32,000 bases of DNA from an uncultured Candidatus Saccharibacteria bacterium (GCA_964543385.1 CAZIYE010000001.1:510001-542000); one strand, 5' to 3'. Positions 21,920 to 31,958 are shown, counted from the stretch's first letter. Numbers and translations: made by a program. Notes: generated by a model from the letters alone, not told the origin.

Positions 21920-23006
21920 GAAACCAAAAGTCATCACAGTTCTGGGAACTCGTCCTGAAATCATCCGACTAAGCCGAGTTATGGCTACACTGGATAAATT
22001 CTGTGATCACAAAGTTCTTCACACCGGCCAAAACTTTGACAAGACATTGAACGATATATTCTTTGACGAACTTAAGGTCAGGAAGCCTGACTGTATCTTG
22101 GACTCAAAATCATCAGGACCTATGGGGCAAATAGGCATAATACTAGAGGGCTGTGAAAAGTATTTTCAGGAAGAAAAACCTGATGCCGTTCTTATCTTGG
22201 GCGATACAAATAGCGCTCTGTCAGCTATAGCGGCCAAGAGAATGGGTATACCAGTATTTCACATGGAGGCAGGAAACCGTTGTTATGACGATAGGGTTCC
22301 GGAGGAAGTAAACCGTCGCATAGTTGACCATTCAAGCGAAATATTATTGCCATACACGGAACGAAGTAGAGCAAACCTTCTGAAAGAAGGTATTCTGGGC
22401 CAAAAAGTGTATGTTACAGGGAATCCTATTCTTGAAGTTTTGGATTTTTATAAAGAGCAGATTGACAGCAGCGATATCATTGAGAAATTAGGTCTTGAGG
22501 CAGGTAAATATTTTCTCGTTACTTTACATAGAGCGGAAAACGTAGATGTAGAAGAGAGACTCTCTGATTTTATAGAAGCTTTTAAAAAGACATACGAAAA
22601 ATACAAAATGCCTATTGTTCTAAGTGTACATCCACGGACGAGATCTCAGCTAGAGAAGCAAAATAAATCCTTAAATGGCGATGGCATGATTGCACTAGAG
22701 CCAATGGGTCTATTCGATTTTGTAAATCTAGAAAAAAATGCTTTTTGTGCCCTTAGCGACAGTGGCACTGTTCAGGAAGAGTGTGCCATATTTGGCGTCC
22801 CAAATGTAACTTTGAGAGATGTGACAGAGAGGCCCGAAACAATCGAAGCTGGCAGTAATTTTATTGCCGGATGCAAACCAGAATCGATTCTTTTAGGAAT
22901 TGAAGTTGCAACCAGCTCTAAGCTTAATTGGGAACCACCAAAAGAATATCTTGTTAGAAACGTTAGTGATATTGTTGCAAGAATCGTCTTGAGCTATTGG
23001 AAGTAA
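21906..23006 (+). CDS. fnlC: Non-hydrolysing UDP-HexNAc 2-epimerase, FnlC/CapG/WbvD type
   Basis: 366 aa with TVLGTRPEIIRLSRV, HTGQNFD, LGDTNSAL, HRAENVD and DSGTVQEE. It overlaps the upstream gene by 14 nt. Confidence 0.9.
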   Translation: MSESKKPKVITVLGTRPEIIRLSRVMATLDKFCDHKVLHTGQNFDKTLNDIFFDELKVRKPDCILDSKSSGPMGQIGIILEGCEKYFQEEKPDAVLILGDTNSALSAIAAKRMGIPVFHMEAGNRCYDDRVPEEVNRRIVDHSSEILLPYTERSRANLLKEGILGQKVYVTGNPILEVLDFYKEQIDSSDIIEKLGLEAGKYFLVTLHRAENVDVEERLSDFIEAFKKTYEKYKMPIVLSVHPRTRSQLEKQNKSLNGDGMIALEPMGLFDFVNLEKNAFCALSDSGTVQEECAIFGVPNVTLRDVTERPETIEAGSNFIAGCKPESILLGIEVATSSKLNWEPPKEYLVRNVSDIVARIVLSYWK

Positions 23007-23007
23007 A

Positions 23008-25026
23008 ATGATATTCCACCCAAAAGTATCCATCATAATTCCTGTCTATAACGGAAAGAACTATTTGCGTGAAGCTATTGATAGTGCACTTGCCCAGACG
23101 TACGATAATTTTGAGGTAGTAGTAGTAAATGACGGCTCTATCGACGACGGGGCAACCGAGAAGATAGCTTTATCGTACGGAAGTAAAATACGCTATTTTA
23201 GTAAGCCAAATGGCGGAGTTTCCTCTGCGCTCAACCTTGGGATAAAGAATATGGAAGGGGAGTATTTTTCATGGCTAAGCCATGATGATGCTTATTTCAA
23301 TGACAAAATTGAATCTCAAGTAGAATTTCTCTCCAAAGAAAAGAACAAGGAAGCGGTCATTTTTAGTGACTATGACCTGATGAACGAACATTCCAAAACT
23401 TTTGCAAGCGTTAAAGTAAAGGAATTTCCGGTTAATAAATTGAAACTAGAGCTGATTCAGGCAAGTCCAATACACGGTTGTACTCTTTTGATAGCCAAAT
23501 CATTATTTGCAAAAGCAGGTCTCTTTGATGAAAAACTACGTACATCACAGGATTATGACTTATGGTTTAAAATGGCAGATTATACTGATTTTGTGCACTT
23601 AAAGAAAAAGTTAGTGAAGTCGAGAATCCATAGTGAGCAAGGTACCCAATCTCTTTCAGACGTTATGATAAGAGAATCAGAGTCTATGTACCAAAGAGAG
23701 GTAAAAAGATTATTCGTCGGTAACAAAGATTATTCTTCGCTTGAATTAATAAAATGTGCTGATGGATTGATCAAAAAGTATTGTTTCAAATCCGCTGCCC
23801 TTGTAGTAAGTTATGTTCCCCTTAAGAGAATAAATCTCTTAGTCGCCAAAAAATTACTTTCTTACGGTTTTGATTTATTGTTTTATAAAGCAATAGCCGT
23901 AAAACAAAAACTATTTCCAGTAAAGAAGAAACAAAAAACTATATTAATAATTACTCCAGGATTTTATCCTTTACCTGGCGGACTTGCCGAGCAAAGCTAT
24001 CTTCTTGGAAAAGAATTTGTCAGAAGAGGCTATAAGGTTGATATTCTGACTGAAAGACTCAAGAGCAATCTCGAAAAAAGGGAGATTATAGATGGTATGG
24101 ATGTCTATAGAATGAGTCATATCAAAAAAAGAAATATTTTTGGCTTGTTAAAGTTATTTTTTGAGACCACTTTCTTTGTCATAAAAAACCGATCGAAATA
24201 TTCATTTTGCATTATCAGAACCATCAGTCTGTATGCAGTAATAATTGGTTTCTTGAAATATATCAGAGTGGTTACATGTAAAACTTATATATCTGCTGAA
24301 ACTGGCGGGGAGAATGATGAAATTAAAGAAATAGGAGATAGGCCCTTCTATAGAATAATAGTTTTCTTTCTCAACAAAAATGATTATATCAATAGCAACA
24401 ATAATGATAATACTAATCATTATCTCCAGATAGGGATTATCAAAGACAAGATAACACTTATTTATAATGGCATAGATGTTGCCGGCTACAAAGAGTCTAG
24501 CTATCCCAAGGAAATAAATAATTTTGTTTTTCTGGCAGAACTCAACGTTGGCAAGGGGATAAAAGAGCTTCTCGAAGCCTTCAAAAAGCTGTTAGAGAGG
24601 TTTTCTGGCAAAAAACTATACATTGGTGGGTATGGTCAGATGGAGAACTATATAAAGGATTTCGTTAAGGAGAATAAATTAGAGAAAAATATTTTCTTCA
24701 AAGGATATATCAAGAAAGAAAATAAAAAATCATTTTTTGAAAAAGGCGATTGTTTCGTTTTTCCATCTTATTCGGAGGGTTTTGGTATAGTGACGGCTGA
24801 AGCCATAAAGTATAAAAGAGCCCTAATCACTACGAAGGTTGCGGATCTTGAGAAAATATATGGAAATCACGTTCTATATTGCGATATCAAAAATGTTGAT
24901 ATCTTGCTAGATATTATGACAAAGGCTATTACCGATTATGATCTTAATAAGATGAATTATGATAAGATAATCTCTAAGATTGATATTAGAACCACTACAG
25001 CAAAGATCGAAAAGCTATTTGTATAA
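23008..25026 (+). CDS. Two-domain glycosyltransferase fusion (N-terminal GT2, C-terminal GT4)
   Basis: 672 aa. The N-terminus has VSIIIPVYNGKNYLREAIDSALAQTY, VVVVNDGSIDDG and WLSHDD. The C-terminus has ILIITPGFYPLPGG and FPSYSEGFGIVTAEA (E-x7-E). Confidence 0.88.
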   Translation: MIFHPKVSIIIPVYNGKNYLREAIDSALAQTYDNFEVVVVNDGSIDDGATEKIALSYGSKIRYFSKPNGGVSSALNLGIKNMEGEYFSWLSHDDAYFNDKIESQVEFLSKEKNKEAVIFSDYDLMNEHSKTFASVKVKEFPVNKLKLELIQASPIHGCTLLIAKSLFAKAGLFDEKLRTSQDYDLWFKMADYTDFVHLKKKLVKSRIHSEQGTQSLSDVMIRESESMYQREVKRLFVGNKDYSSLELIKCADGLIKKYCFKSAALVVSYVPLKRINLLVAKKLLSYGFDLLFYKAIAVKQKLFPVKKKQKTILIITPGFYPLPGGLAEQSYLLGKEFVRRGYKVDILTERLKSNLEKREIIDGMDVYRMSHIKKRNIFGLLKLFFETTFFVIKNRSKYSFCIIRTISLYAVIIGFLKYIRVVTCKTYISAETGGENDEIKEIGDRPFYRIIVFFLNKNDYINSNNNDNTNHYLQIGIIKDKITLIYNGIDVAGYKESSYPKEINNFVFLAELNVGKGIKELLEAFKKLLERFSGKKLYIGGYGQMENYIKDFVKENKLEKNIFFKGYIKKENKKSFFEKGDCFVFPSYSEGFGIVTAEAIKYKRALITTKVADLEKIYGNHVLYCDIKNVDILLDIMTKAITDYDLNKMNYDKIISKIDIRTTTAKIEKLFV

Positions 25027-26982
25027 ACCCTTTTCAAAGATCTCTATATTATTATCCTCCCAATATGGTTTGTAGGTGCTAAACTCTGAGGTCTTTTTAA
25101 TTTTTTGAACCTCTTCAGTGTGTCTTTCTTTTGCTTCGGTTTGCTCTTGTGTAAAGGCGCGGAAGTTTTTATCAATAGCAGACGCTTGCTGTGAGAGGAC
25201 GGGGTCAACCGTCATTAAATGTTTTTCTAGCACCACGAAACATATATCCTTTTTGCATGTCTCTTGCATCGCGCTCTCTGCAAGAATTTTTATTGTAATT
25301 TTGTCCGAGAGAACGCTTAAACGCTTGTCAGAGGCTATTATATTTACAGACGATTCGGGCGATTTTTGGATGACATCTTTAATAATTTTATATGGTTCGG
25401 TGTAATACGGCCGGTAATAAATTGGTGGTTTGATAATGCCTACAATACCCATAACGGCTATTATGGGCAGAATGATTTTCTTACCATCGATTCTTTTAGA
25501 GATAAGATAATCGATAATGAAGGCAAGACCGATTGAGGTTAAAAGCATCAAGTACCAGCCGCTTCTGCCCCTATATGTGCTAATTTCTAAAACCCCCAAT
25601 TGGGTCGATATACCAAAGACAAAGCTAAATACCGATATGGTAAAAAGAATCATATTATTCTTTTTTATAGATAATGGTATGAGAATCAAAGATAGCGCAA
25701 TCCATAAATAGGCACCGAGGGAGAATATATCGTTTGGTGGTCGAACATTTTTTATCATGAACGCATTCCATGCGATATTAGACATTGGGGTTATGTATTG
25801 TATAAATATATCCTTTTGTTTGAGGTTTTTAATAAAATCATCTATTTTTGTTCTTGCAGAGTGATTTTGAGAAGTATTATTAGATGAAGAATCCACACCT
25901 TGATTATTGGAAGAAATAGCAGATGCCTGATAATTGTCTGTCTTGATTATTTCACCGTTATCGAGATAGGTTAGCTCCATCGCCGGAAAGCTGGTTGCTC
26001 TTTTAAGCACTTTCGTTTGAAGATATACATGGCCAAACGCGATGGCAAATCCAATGATGGAAATTATCATTATTGTTAGTAAATGGTTGACATAATTATT
26101 TTTTAAATACTTTTTGAAAAGCAGAGCAATTAGAAATAATACAACCAATGCCGGTAAATATTGAATGTATAGATAAGGCAATGTTAAAGATAAAGCAGCG
26201 GTGATAGTAGCAAAAACAACAAACAATTTTATTTGGGACACAATTTTTGAATTATTGGCAATAATAAAAATTAGAGCAGGTAGAAATATAAAGGATAGTG
26301 AAGTCGAGAAAAATCCAATTTCTTGTAGAAAAAGCTGGTTGAATATTGGCAAGCAGAGAATCAGCAGGAGAATATATCGTGAATAGCGACTTATAAATGT
26401 TTCTTTTAATAATAAAAATAAAGAAATGGAGGTAATAACTCCTATCACTGGTCCTGCGAACCGGTATATCTCAGAGGTATTTGCAAAAAATGTTAATGGG
26501 AAAACAAAAAGATGAAATCCTGGGGCATATTGAGGAAAACTTAAGACCCCGTCCTTTATTAGATCTTTTAAAAATACCAGATGGTTATAAGTGTCAATTT
26601 CGCCCGGAGCAACAGTGGTAAACGAATCAGAGAATCGATTATAAATAATCACACAGAAAAGGATAATCGGAACAATGCAAGCTATGATACTTTGCTTTTT
26701 GAATATGCTCCCTGATGAGCCCTTTGACTTTAAACGCCAAAACGACCAAATATTCGCTCCTAGTACTATTAGGATATAAACTAATGGATAATATTTAGTA
26801 AGCCCCAAACAATAAAATATGTAGCCAAATATTATTTGAAAAGATATTGAAACCGGAATAACAAATTTTGGCGCTAGTTTATTGCCTATTAATATATTCA
26901 GAGGAAGAAATAAGGCAAAACTACTAATTGTAAGAATAAATGCAATTCTGAAAATTGCATTTAGGTCTGACCAGTCGATCAT
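25015..26982 (-). CDS. Polytopic membrane protein, GT-C-like (YfhO/ArnT/PMT-style) with a C-terminal soluble domain
   Basis: 655 aa with more than 10 hydrophobic helices over the first 500 aa or so. An acidic first-loop motif is present (PGEIDTYNH), and a low-complexity S/N loop. The roughly 150-aa hydrophilic C-terminus suggests a soluble domain. The start shares one base with the upstream GT4 stop. No family is recognised with certainty. Confidence 0.6.
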   Translation of the reverse strand: MIDWSDLNAIFRIAFILTISSFALFLPLNILIGNKLAPKFVIPVSISFQIIFGYIFYCLGLTKYYPLVYILIVLGANIWSFWRLKSKGSSGSIFKKQSIIACIVPIILFCVIIYNRFSDSFTTVAPGEIDTYNHLVFLKDLIKDGVLSFPQYAPGFHLFVFPLTFFANTSEIYRFAGPVIGVITSISLFLLLKETFISRYSRYILLLILCLPIFNQLFLQEIGFFSTSLSFIFLPALIFIIANNSKIVSQIKLFVVFATITAALSLTLPYLYIQYLPALVVLFLIALLFKKYLKNNYVNHLLTIMIISIIGFAIAFGHVYLQTKVLKRATSFPAMELTYLDNGEIIKTDNYQASAISSNNQGVDSSSNNTSQNHSARTKIDDFIKNLKQKDIFIQYITPMSNIAWNAFMIKNVRPPNDIFSLGAYLWIALSLILIPLSIKKNNMILFTISVFSFVFGISTQLGVLEISTYRGRSGWYLMLLTSIGLAFIIDYLISKRIDGKKIILPIIAVMGIVGIIKPPIYYRPYYTEPYKIIKDVIQKSPESSVNIIASDKRLSVLSDKITIKILAESAMQETCKKDICFVVLEKHLMTVDPVLSQQASAIDKNFRAFTQEQTEAKERHTEEVQKIKKTSEFSTYKPYWEDNNIEIFEKGLYK

Positions 26983-28133
26983 CAGATAATCCCTTTGTAA
27001 ATATTTATTATTGATTTAGTAATCACTGGCAATTCAAATAAGGACAGTATGCCAGAGCAGTTCTCAGATAATTTATATCTCATTTTGTATGTTAATTCTA
27101 GACTTAACGCACACTTTGCTGAGCTTTCCGTATCTTCCATGATAATTCCACAGCCGGCATTTTTTACTTGATCTGCTATGCCGATATTTTTAGATAAACA
27201 GCATGGCAGGCCGTGTTGTAATGCCTCCAATGTGGCGACTGAGAACGATTCATAATCAGAAAAAAGTGCAAAGATGTCAGACCGGCCAAAAATTTCTTCC
27301 TTCTGTCTATCACTTACCATACCTGTGAATTCTATCTTATCGCTAATCTTTAATTCTGCTGCCAACCCAACTAGTTTTACAAGGTTTCCATTTTCGTCAG
27401 GACCAGCTATCACGAGTCTATAAGAATCATCCCTTTTTAGGAGTTCGCCGAAGGCTTTGATTAGCTTATCGATTGCTTTGATAAAGCTAAGTCTTCCAAG
27501 ATATAGGATAACTTTTTCATTCTTTTCTTTGATAATGTTTTTAGATTTTGTTTCATAATGCTCAATCGGATTTGGCACCACTTCTATCTTTTTGCTTATA
27601 TCGGGCAAGTATTGGCTCAATATATCTTTTTCTCGAGTGGAAACAACAATGATTTTTGCTGCATCCCTGAGAATATTTTTCCCAAAGAAAAAATTAAACA
27701 TGACCTTAATTATTCTCTTCCCAAGTAGTGGGTGCGGTACTGGCATCTCATGAAGATGAATTATATAAGGGATTTTCTTGGTTTTACACAATCGGCGGAT
27801 TACAATATTTTGGTATGTGAAAAAAGAATGGCAGTGGACCAAGTCATAATTAACAATTTCCTTTTTTGCATAACCATAAAAGCCCAATGGAGTAAACACG
27901 TTATATCCATGCGTAAGGCTAGGAAGCAAATTCCTGAAACGTTTGACGGATATATTGTCTAAGACTTCACACAATCTTGTGATCGGTTTATTCTGATCGG
28001 CAGCATCTGTGGTCCAGACCGTCACCTGATTACCTTCATTTATCAACTCTTTTGATATCTGATAACAAACTTTTACAGGCCCACCAAAGCTCCAAGAGGG
28101 TGCAAAGTAAGGTATTACTTGTAGTATTTTCAT
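26982..28133 (-). CDS. GT4 glycosyltransferase
   Basis: The listed ORF starts at GTG 28190. ATG 28133 gives the family-typical N-terminus MKILQVIPYFAPSWSFGGP. E-x7-E motif ESFSVATLE. Confidence 0.88.
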   Translation of the reverse strand: MKILQVIPYFAPSWSFGGPVKVCYQISKELINEGNQVTVWTTDAADQNKPITRLCEVLDNISVKRFRNLLPSLTHGYNVFTPLGFYGYAKKEIVNYDLVHCHSFFTYQNIVIRRLCKTKKIPYIIHLHEMPVPHPLLGKRIIKVMFNFFFGKNILRDAAKIIVVSTREKDILSQYLPDISKKIEVVPNPIEHYETKSKNIIKEKNEKVILYLGRLSFIKAIDKLIKAFGELLKRDDSYRLVIAGPDENGNLVKLVGLAAELKISDKIEFTGMVSDRQKEEIFGRSDIFALFSDYESFSVATLEALQHGLPCCLSKNIGIADQVKNAGCGIIMEDTESSAKCALSLELTYKMRYKLSENCSGILSLFELPVITKSIINIYKGII

Positions 28134-28202
28134 TCGACTGTGTATAATATTAATACTAATGAACCTATAATACATCAAATTTAATTTCACGAGTAGACCA
28201 CA

Positions 28203-29387
28203 ATGAATATTTTATTTATCCACGAGACTGAATACATAAAGAAAGTTGTGTTTGAATTTCAGATAATTCCTGAAATTCTTGCATCAAGGGGGCACAATGT
28301 TTATATGGTTGATTACCCAATGTGCTGGGATAAAAAAGGACCTTTTGATATTGGATCTTTCAAAACTCAATATTTGACTGACGTCAGAAAGGCAGGCAAG
28401 AAAAAAGGCATCACTCTCATCCGGCCAGGGATTATAAAAATTCCGATTATTAGCCGACTTATAGCCTTCGTTTCTTACTTTTTCGTTATCAGAGACGCTA
28501 TTGTGAAATATAAAATTGATAAAATAGTCCTTTATTCTGCACCAACAAATGGGATCCAAACAATTTTTTGGGCAAAAAGATACAAGATACCAGTGCATTT
28601 TCGTCTCTTGGACGTTTTGCATCAACTTGTTCCATCGAAACTCCTCTCATTGCCAACATATTTAATAGAAAGATATGTATACAAGAGAGTCTCTGAAATT
28701 ACCGCCATCACCCCTATGCTAACAAAATATGCGATTGAGATGGGAGGGGATCCAAAAACAACAAGTTATCTTCCCTCGGGCTCAGATCTTGACCTTTTTT
28801 ATCCTGAGGAAAAAGATATAGAACTTTTGAAAAAGTATGAGATAAAAACGACAGACCAAGTCATCCTATTCGCAGGCACATTGTTTGATTTCTCTGGCCT
28901 GGATGTAATCATTAGATATATGGCTGAAAATAAGAATATAGCTGAAGATATAAAATTTTTGATAGTGGGACATGGGCAGCAATCGGGATTATTGAAGAAA
29001 CTGATAAAAGAAAATAATCTTGAGCAGAGAATAATTTTGACTGGATTTATAGACTATGCGAAATTAGCGAAGTATATAAATTTAGCAGACGTCTGCATCA
29101 ATCCTTTTCAGATTAATAAAATTACCAACATAATATTTCCAGGAAAGATTTATCAATATATGGCTTGTGAAAAGCCCGTAATAGCAACCAGACTAGCAGG
29201 GGTCATCGATATATTTCCAGATAATGCCGGCAAAAATAATATTTTTTACTTTGACCTAAATAATCCAAAAGAATTTTTTGATATTGCTAAGAAAATAGGC
29301 AAAACAAAAATAAAGGATGTAAACCCTTCCCTGCAGGAGATTTCAAATATTCTTTATGAGAAACTTGAGAAACTAAAGCTATCTTAA
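28203..29387 (+). CDS. GT4 glycosyltransferase, WbuB/WcaI-like subgroup
   Basis: 394 aa. The C-terminal pattern FPGKIYQYMACEKPVIAT resembles the P-x-K-x2-EYMA-x-GKPV motif of the WbuB/WcaI-type enzymes. Confidence 0.82.
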   Translation: MNILFIHETEYIKKVVFEFQIIPEILASRGHNVYMVDYPMCWDKKGPFDIGSFKTQYLTDVRKAGKKKGITLIRPGIIKIPIISRLIAFVSYFFVIRDAIVKYKIDKIVLYSAPTNGIQTIFWAKRYKIPVHFRLLDVLHQLVPSKLLSLPTYLIERYVYKRVSEITAITPMLTKYAIEMGGDPKTTSYLPSGSDLDLFYPEEKDIELLKKYEIKTTDQVILFAGTLFDFSGLDVIIRYMAENKNIAEDIKFLIVGHGQQSGLLKKLIKENNLEQRIILTGFIDYAKLAKYINLADVCINPFQINKITNIIFPGKIYQYMACEKPVIATRLAGVIDIFPDNAGKNNIFYFDLNNPKEFFDIAKKIGKTKIKDVNPSLQEISNILYEKLEKLKLS

Positions 29388-29390
29388 TCT

Positions 29391-29723
29391 TTACTCTATA
29401 TCTCTTAGGCCTAGCTTCATGACTAACTGATGGAGCTGTTGTTCTATTCTATTGGCCTTTGTATAAACTCGATATGTAATAAAAAGTAAAAAGACAAACG
29501 CTGCTCCAATAAAGGTATTTACTCCGTTGCCTTGCGATCCTACGAGCTGATTGAATTTTTCGATCAGGGTTGGGAAGACTGAAAGTGTGATAACAGATCC
29601 CCATGTTATCAGCCAGAAAACAAACATTGTCAGACTCTCTTTTTCTTTGCGAAAATCCAAAAAAGTTTTTGATATTACGATTAAGCCCAATGCAATTGAT
29701 AGAACTTTAGCTAAAATTATCAT
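29391..29723 (-). CDS. Small membrane protein, DUF2304-like
   Basis: 110 aa with 3-4 TM helices and a C-terminal amphipathic helix (RIEQQLHQLVMKLGLRDIE). It has an ATGA overlap with the upstream GT2, the usual genomic partner of DUF2304. Confidence 0.6.
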   Translation of the reverse strand: MIILAKVLSIALGLIVISKTFLDFRKEKESLTMFVFWLITWGSVITLSVFPTLIEKFNQLVGSQGNGVNTFIGAAFVFLLFITYRVYTKANRIEQQLHQLVMKLGLRDIE

Positions 29724-30409
29724 TTTTTGCCTGTTATTTTAATGCTGATGATTTTTGTTAAAATGTTAACTGCATTTAACCAATTTTGACCGGTTGCCCT
29801 TGAGTAATCAGTATATATAACTTTAATCGGAACCTCAATCATTTTTAGGTTATTCCTTTTTATCTCGCCGATCATCTCGGAGCATATTTCATAGCCAATA
29901 GAATGAAAACACATTTTTCTGATAGCTTTTTTATCAAAAGCTCTCATTCCTGATTGTGAGTCGGATGACCATTTATGAAAAACTATTACGGTAATAAAAT
30001 TCATTACCCAGTTCCCGAATATCTTTATGAAGGGCATTCCCTTAGGACTTCTCATTCTGGTTCCTATAACAACGTCTGCTCTTTTCTCTAGGATTGGGGA
30101 TATAATCTTTTCAATGTCGTTGGGGCTGTGTTGGCCATCAGCATCGACTGTTATGATAATATCGGCAGCCAATTTTTTGGCAGCTCCAAACCCTGTTTGT
30201 ATTGCTGCACCTACACCTAAATTGATGATGTGATGCAATACGTGCTTAGTATTACTTTTGGCTACATCATAAGTTTTGTCAGTAGAGCCATCATCAACGA
30301 CTAAAGTGACTATCTCGTCGATACCTTTAATTTTTTTTGGTAGTCCTCTTAAGACCTCACCAATCACTTTTTCCTCGTTATAAGCGGGGATTATTATCGC
30401 TAGTCTCAT
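29720..30409 (-). CDS. GT2 polyprenol-phosphate glycosyltransferase (GtrB/CsbB/DPM1-like)
   Basis: 229 aa with LAIIIPAYNEEKVIGEVL, VVDDGSTDKT and VDADGQH. Confidence 0.9.
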   Translation of the reverse strand: MRLAIIIPAYNEEKVIGEVLRGLPKKIKGIDEIVTLVVDDGSTDKTYDVAKSNTKHVLHHIINLGVGAAIQTGFGAAKKLAADIIITVDADGQHSPNDIEKIISPILEKRADVVIGTRMRSPKGMPFIKIFGNWVMNFITVIVFHKWSSDSQSGMRAFDKKAIRKMCFHSIGYEICSEMIGEIKRNNLKMIEVPIKVIYTDYSRATGQNWLNAVNILTKIISIKITGKK

Positions 30410-30539
30410 ATAGTTATATTTTCAGTTAAGTTTCAATATAAGGACAAGGTTCATCCAAGAACCGATTGTCGCCGCAATCGTATCAAAAACAGTCATAATC
30501 AGCAAGGCGAAATTCTATTTTTGGCCTCTTTTTGATATT

Positions 30540-31958
30540 ATGTTCTTGATGGAATTAAAAGTCAAAAATTTGTTTACTTCAAAAATAGGTCAGGTATGTC
30601 TATATCTGTTGGCGATAATTATATTGGGAGTTATCTGTTTTCAGTATGCAGGAGTCGCCCATTTTCCAACCGGTGATGATCCGGCAGTGCATATACGCTA
30701 TGCCAAAACTCTTTCTATCAGAGAAATATATTCAACTCTTCCTTATCCAATCCCTCTTAGCATTTTTAAATCAATACACGAACTAACCTCCATAGAATAT
30801 CCCCGTCTATTTACTCTCACTATCTCTACTTTTCTGCTATTTTCGTCTATCTGCATATTCATCTTAACTAGAAAAATATCCAAGTCGGGATTCATGGCCT
30901 TCATTGCGGCTGCGATCTTTGCAACTGGGGGTTGGGTGACTGACGGGCTTCGCATGGGTCTTCTCGCTGAGTCATTTGGTTGGGGCATGCTTGCTCTGAC
31001 TCTTTATTTCCTTGCGAGTCAAAACATTGTTTTCACTCTAGTATTTAGTGGACTACTAGCATTATCACATCCGTTTTCCTTCTCGGTATTTATTTTTGTG
31101 GCCATATTATATGTGCTTACAACTATATTTAGCAAAGACAAAAAAGAGCACAATTTTTCAATAACCATATCGTTGATTTATTTACTTTTCGCAATATTAA
31201 TATGGTTATTTGATAAAGAATTGATTCTTAAATTTGTTGACTTTATAAATCCCGAGAGAGCAGGTTGGGGCGAAAGAAAACTTTGGGAGATTGTCACAAC
31301 TTATGACCCAAAGAGGATCGTAATTGGATTTATGGCTCTGATTGGGGTAATGTCCAATATCAAAAGCTGGGGAAAGCCAGCCATTAAAGTTATATACATC
31401 CTTCTCTTTGTTGGGTTGTTTATGTCTATGAACCAAATCTTTGGTATTAGATTCCTTGTTTTTCGTTTCTTCCCATATTTAGAGATGGCGATTGCTGTTT
31501 TTGCGGCGCTTGGTCTTGTCGCCTTCGTGGAGAGACTACAAATTGTTAAATACAAGAATATAGCAATAATATTATTGGCTATCTTGGCTCTGACGCCCCA
31601 TTACATTAATAACGGAAAGGCTGTCCAAAATCAGGTTACAGATATTAGTCTAAACGATAGTATGACGGCAGGGGACCAAATAGCAATCAAATGGATTGAT
31701 CAAAATGTATCGAAAGATGCTTCTATTGTAGCTACGCGCAAAAGATTACTTTGGATCAGCGCTCTAACTGGAAACAAAAACACCCAAGAAGATATCACGC
31801 CTTTCGATTTAGCTGCTACAAAGAAACTGTATGATTCGGGAAACGGTTTCGCCTATGACTATTTCTATTATTCAGAGGTTGATACTATTCCTGATGAGAT
31901 AAAAAATAATTTCGACCTCATTTACAACAAAATGGGGGTTAGGTTATATAAAAGATGA
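30540..31958 (+). CDS. Polytopic membrane protein, GT-C-like (GtrC/YfhO/ArnT-style)
   Basis: 472 aa with about 11 hydrophobic helices, an acidic first-loop motif (PTGDDPAVH) and a roughly 110-aa hydrophilic C-terminal domain. Divergent from the GT2 gene. Confidence 0.6.
   Translation: MFLMELKVKNLFTSKIGQVCLYLLAIIILGVICFQYAGVAHFPTGDDPAVHIRYAKTLSIREIYSTLPYPIPLSIFKSIHELTSIEYPRLFTLTISTFLLFSSICIFILTRKISKSGFMAFIAAAIFATGGWVTDGLRMGLLAESFGWGMLALTLYFLASQNIVFTLVFSGLLALSHPFSFSVFIFVAILYVLTTIFSKDKKEHNFSITISLIYLLFAILIWLFDKELILKFVDFINPERAGWGERKLWEIVTTYDPKRIVIGFMALIGVMSNIKSWGKPAIKVIYILLFVGLFMSMNQIFGIRFLVFRFFPYLEMAIAVFAALGLVAFVERLQIVKYKNIAIILLAILALTPHYINNGKAVQNQVTDISLNDSMTAGDQIAIKWIDQNVSKDASIVATRKRLLWISALTGNKNTQEDITPFDLAATKKLYDSGNGFAYDYFYYSEVDTIPDEIKNNFDLIYNKMGVRLYKR

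Noticed and set aside
28134-28190. GTG-initiated 19-aa N-terminal extension of the GT4 gene (MKLNLMYYRFISINIIHSR)
   Set aside because: The GT4 family normally begins at MKIL followed by the Gly-rich loop, and ATG 28133 gives exactly that. The extension would consume the divergent promoter region, which contains TATAAT boxes.
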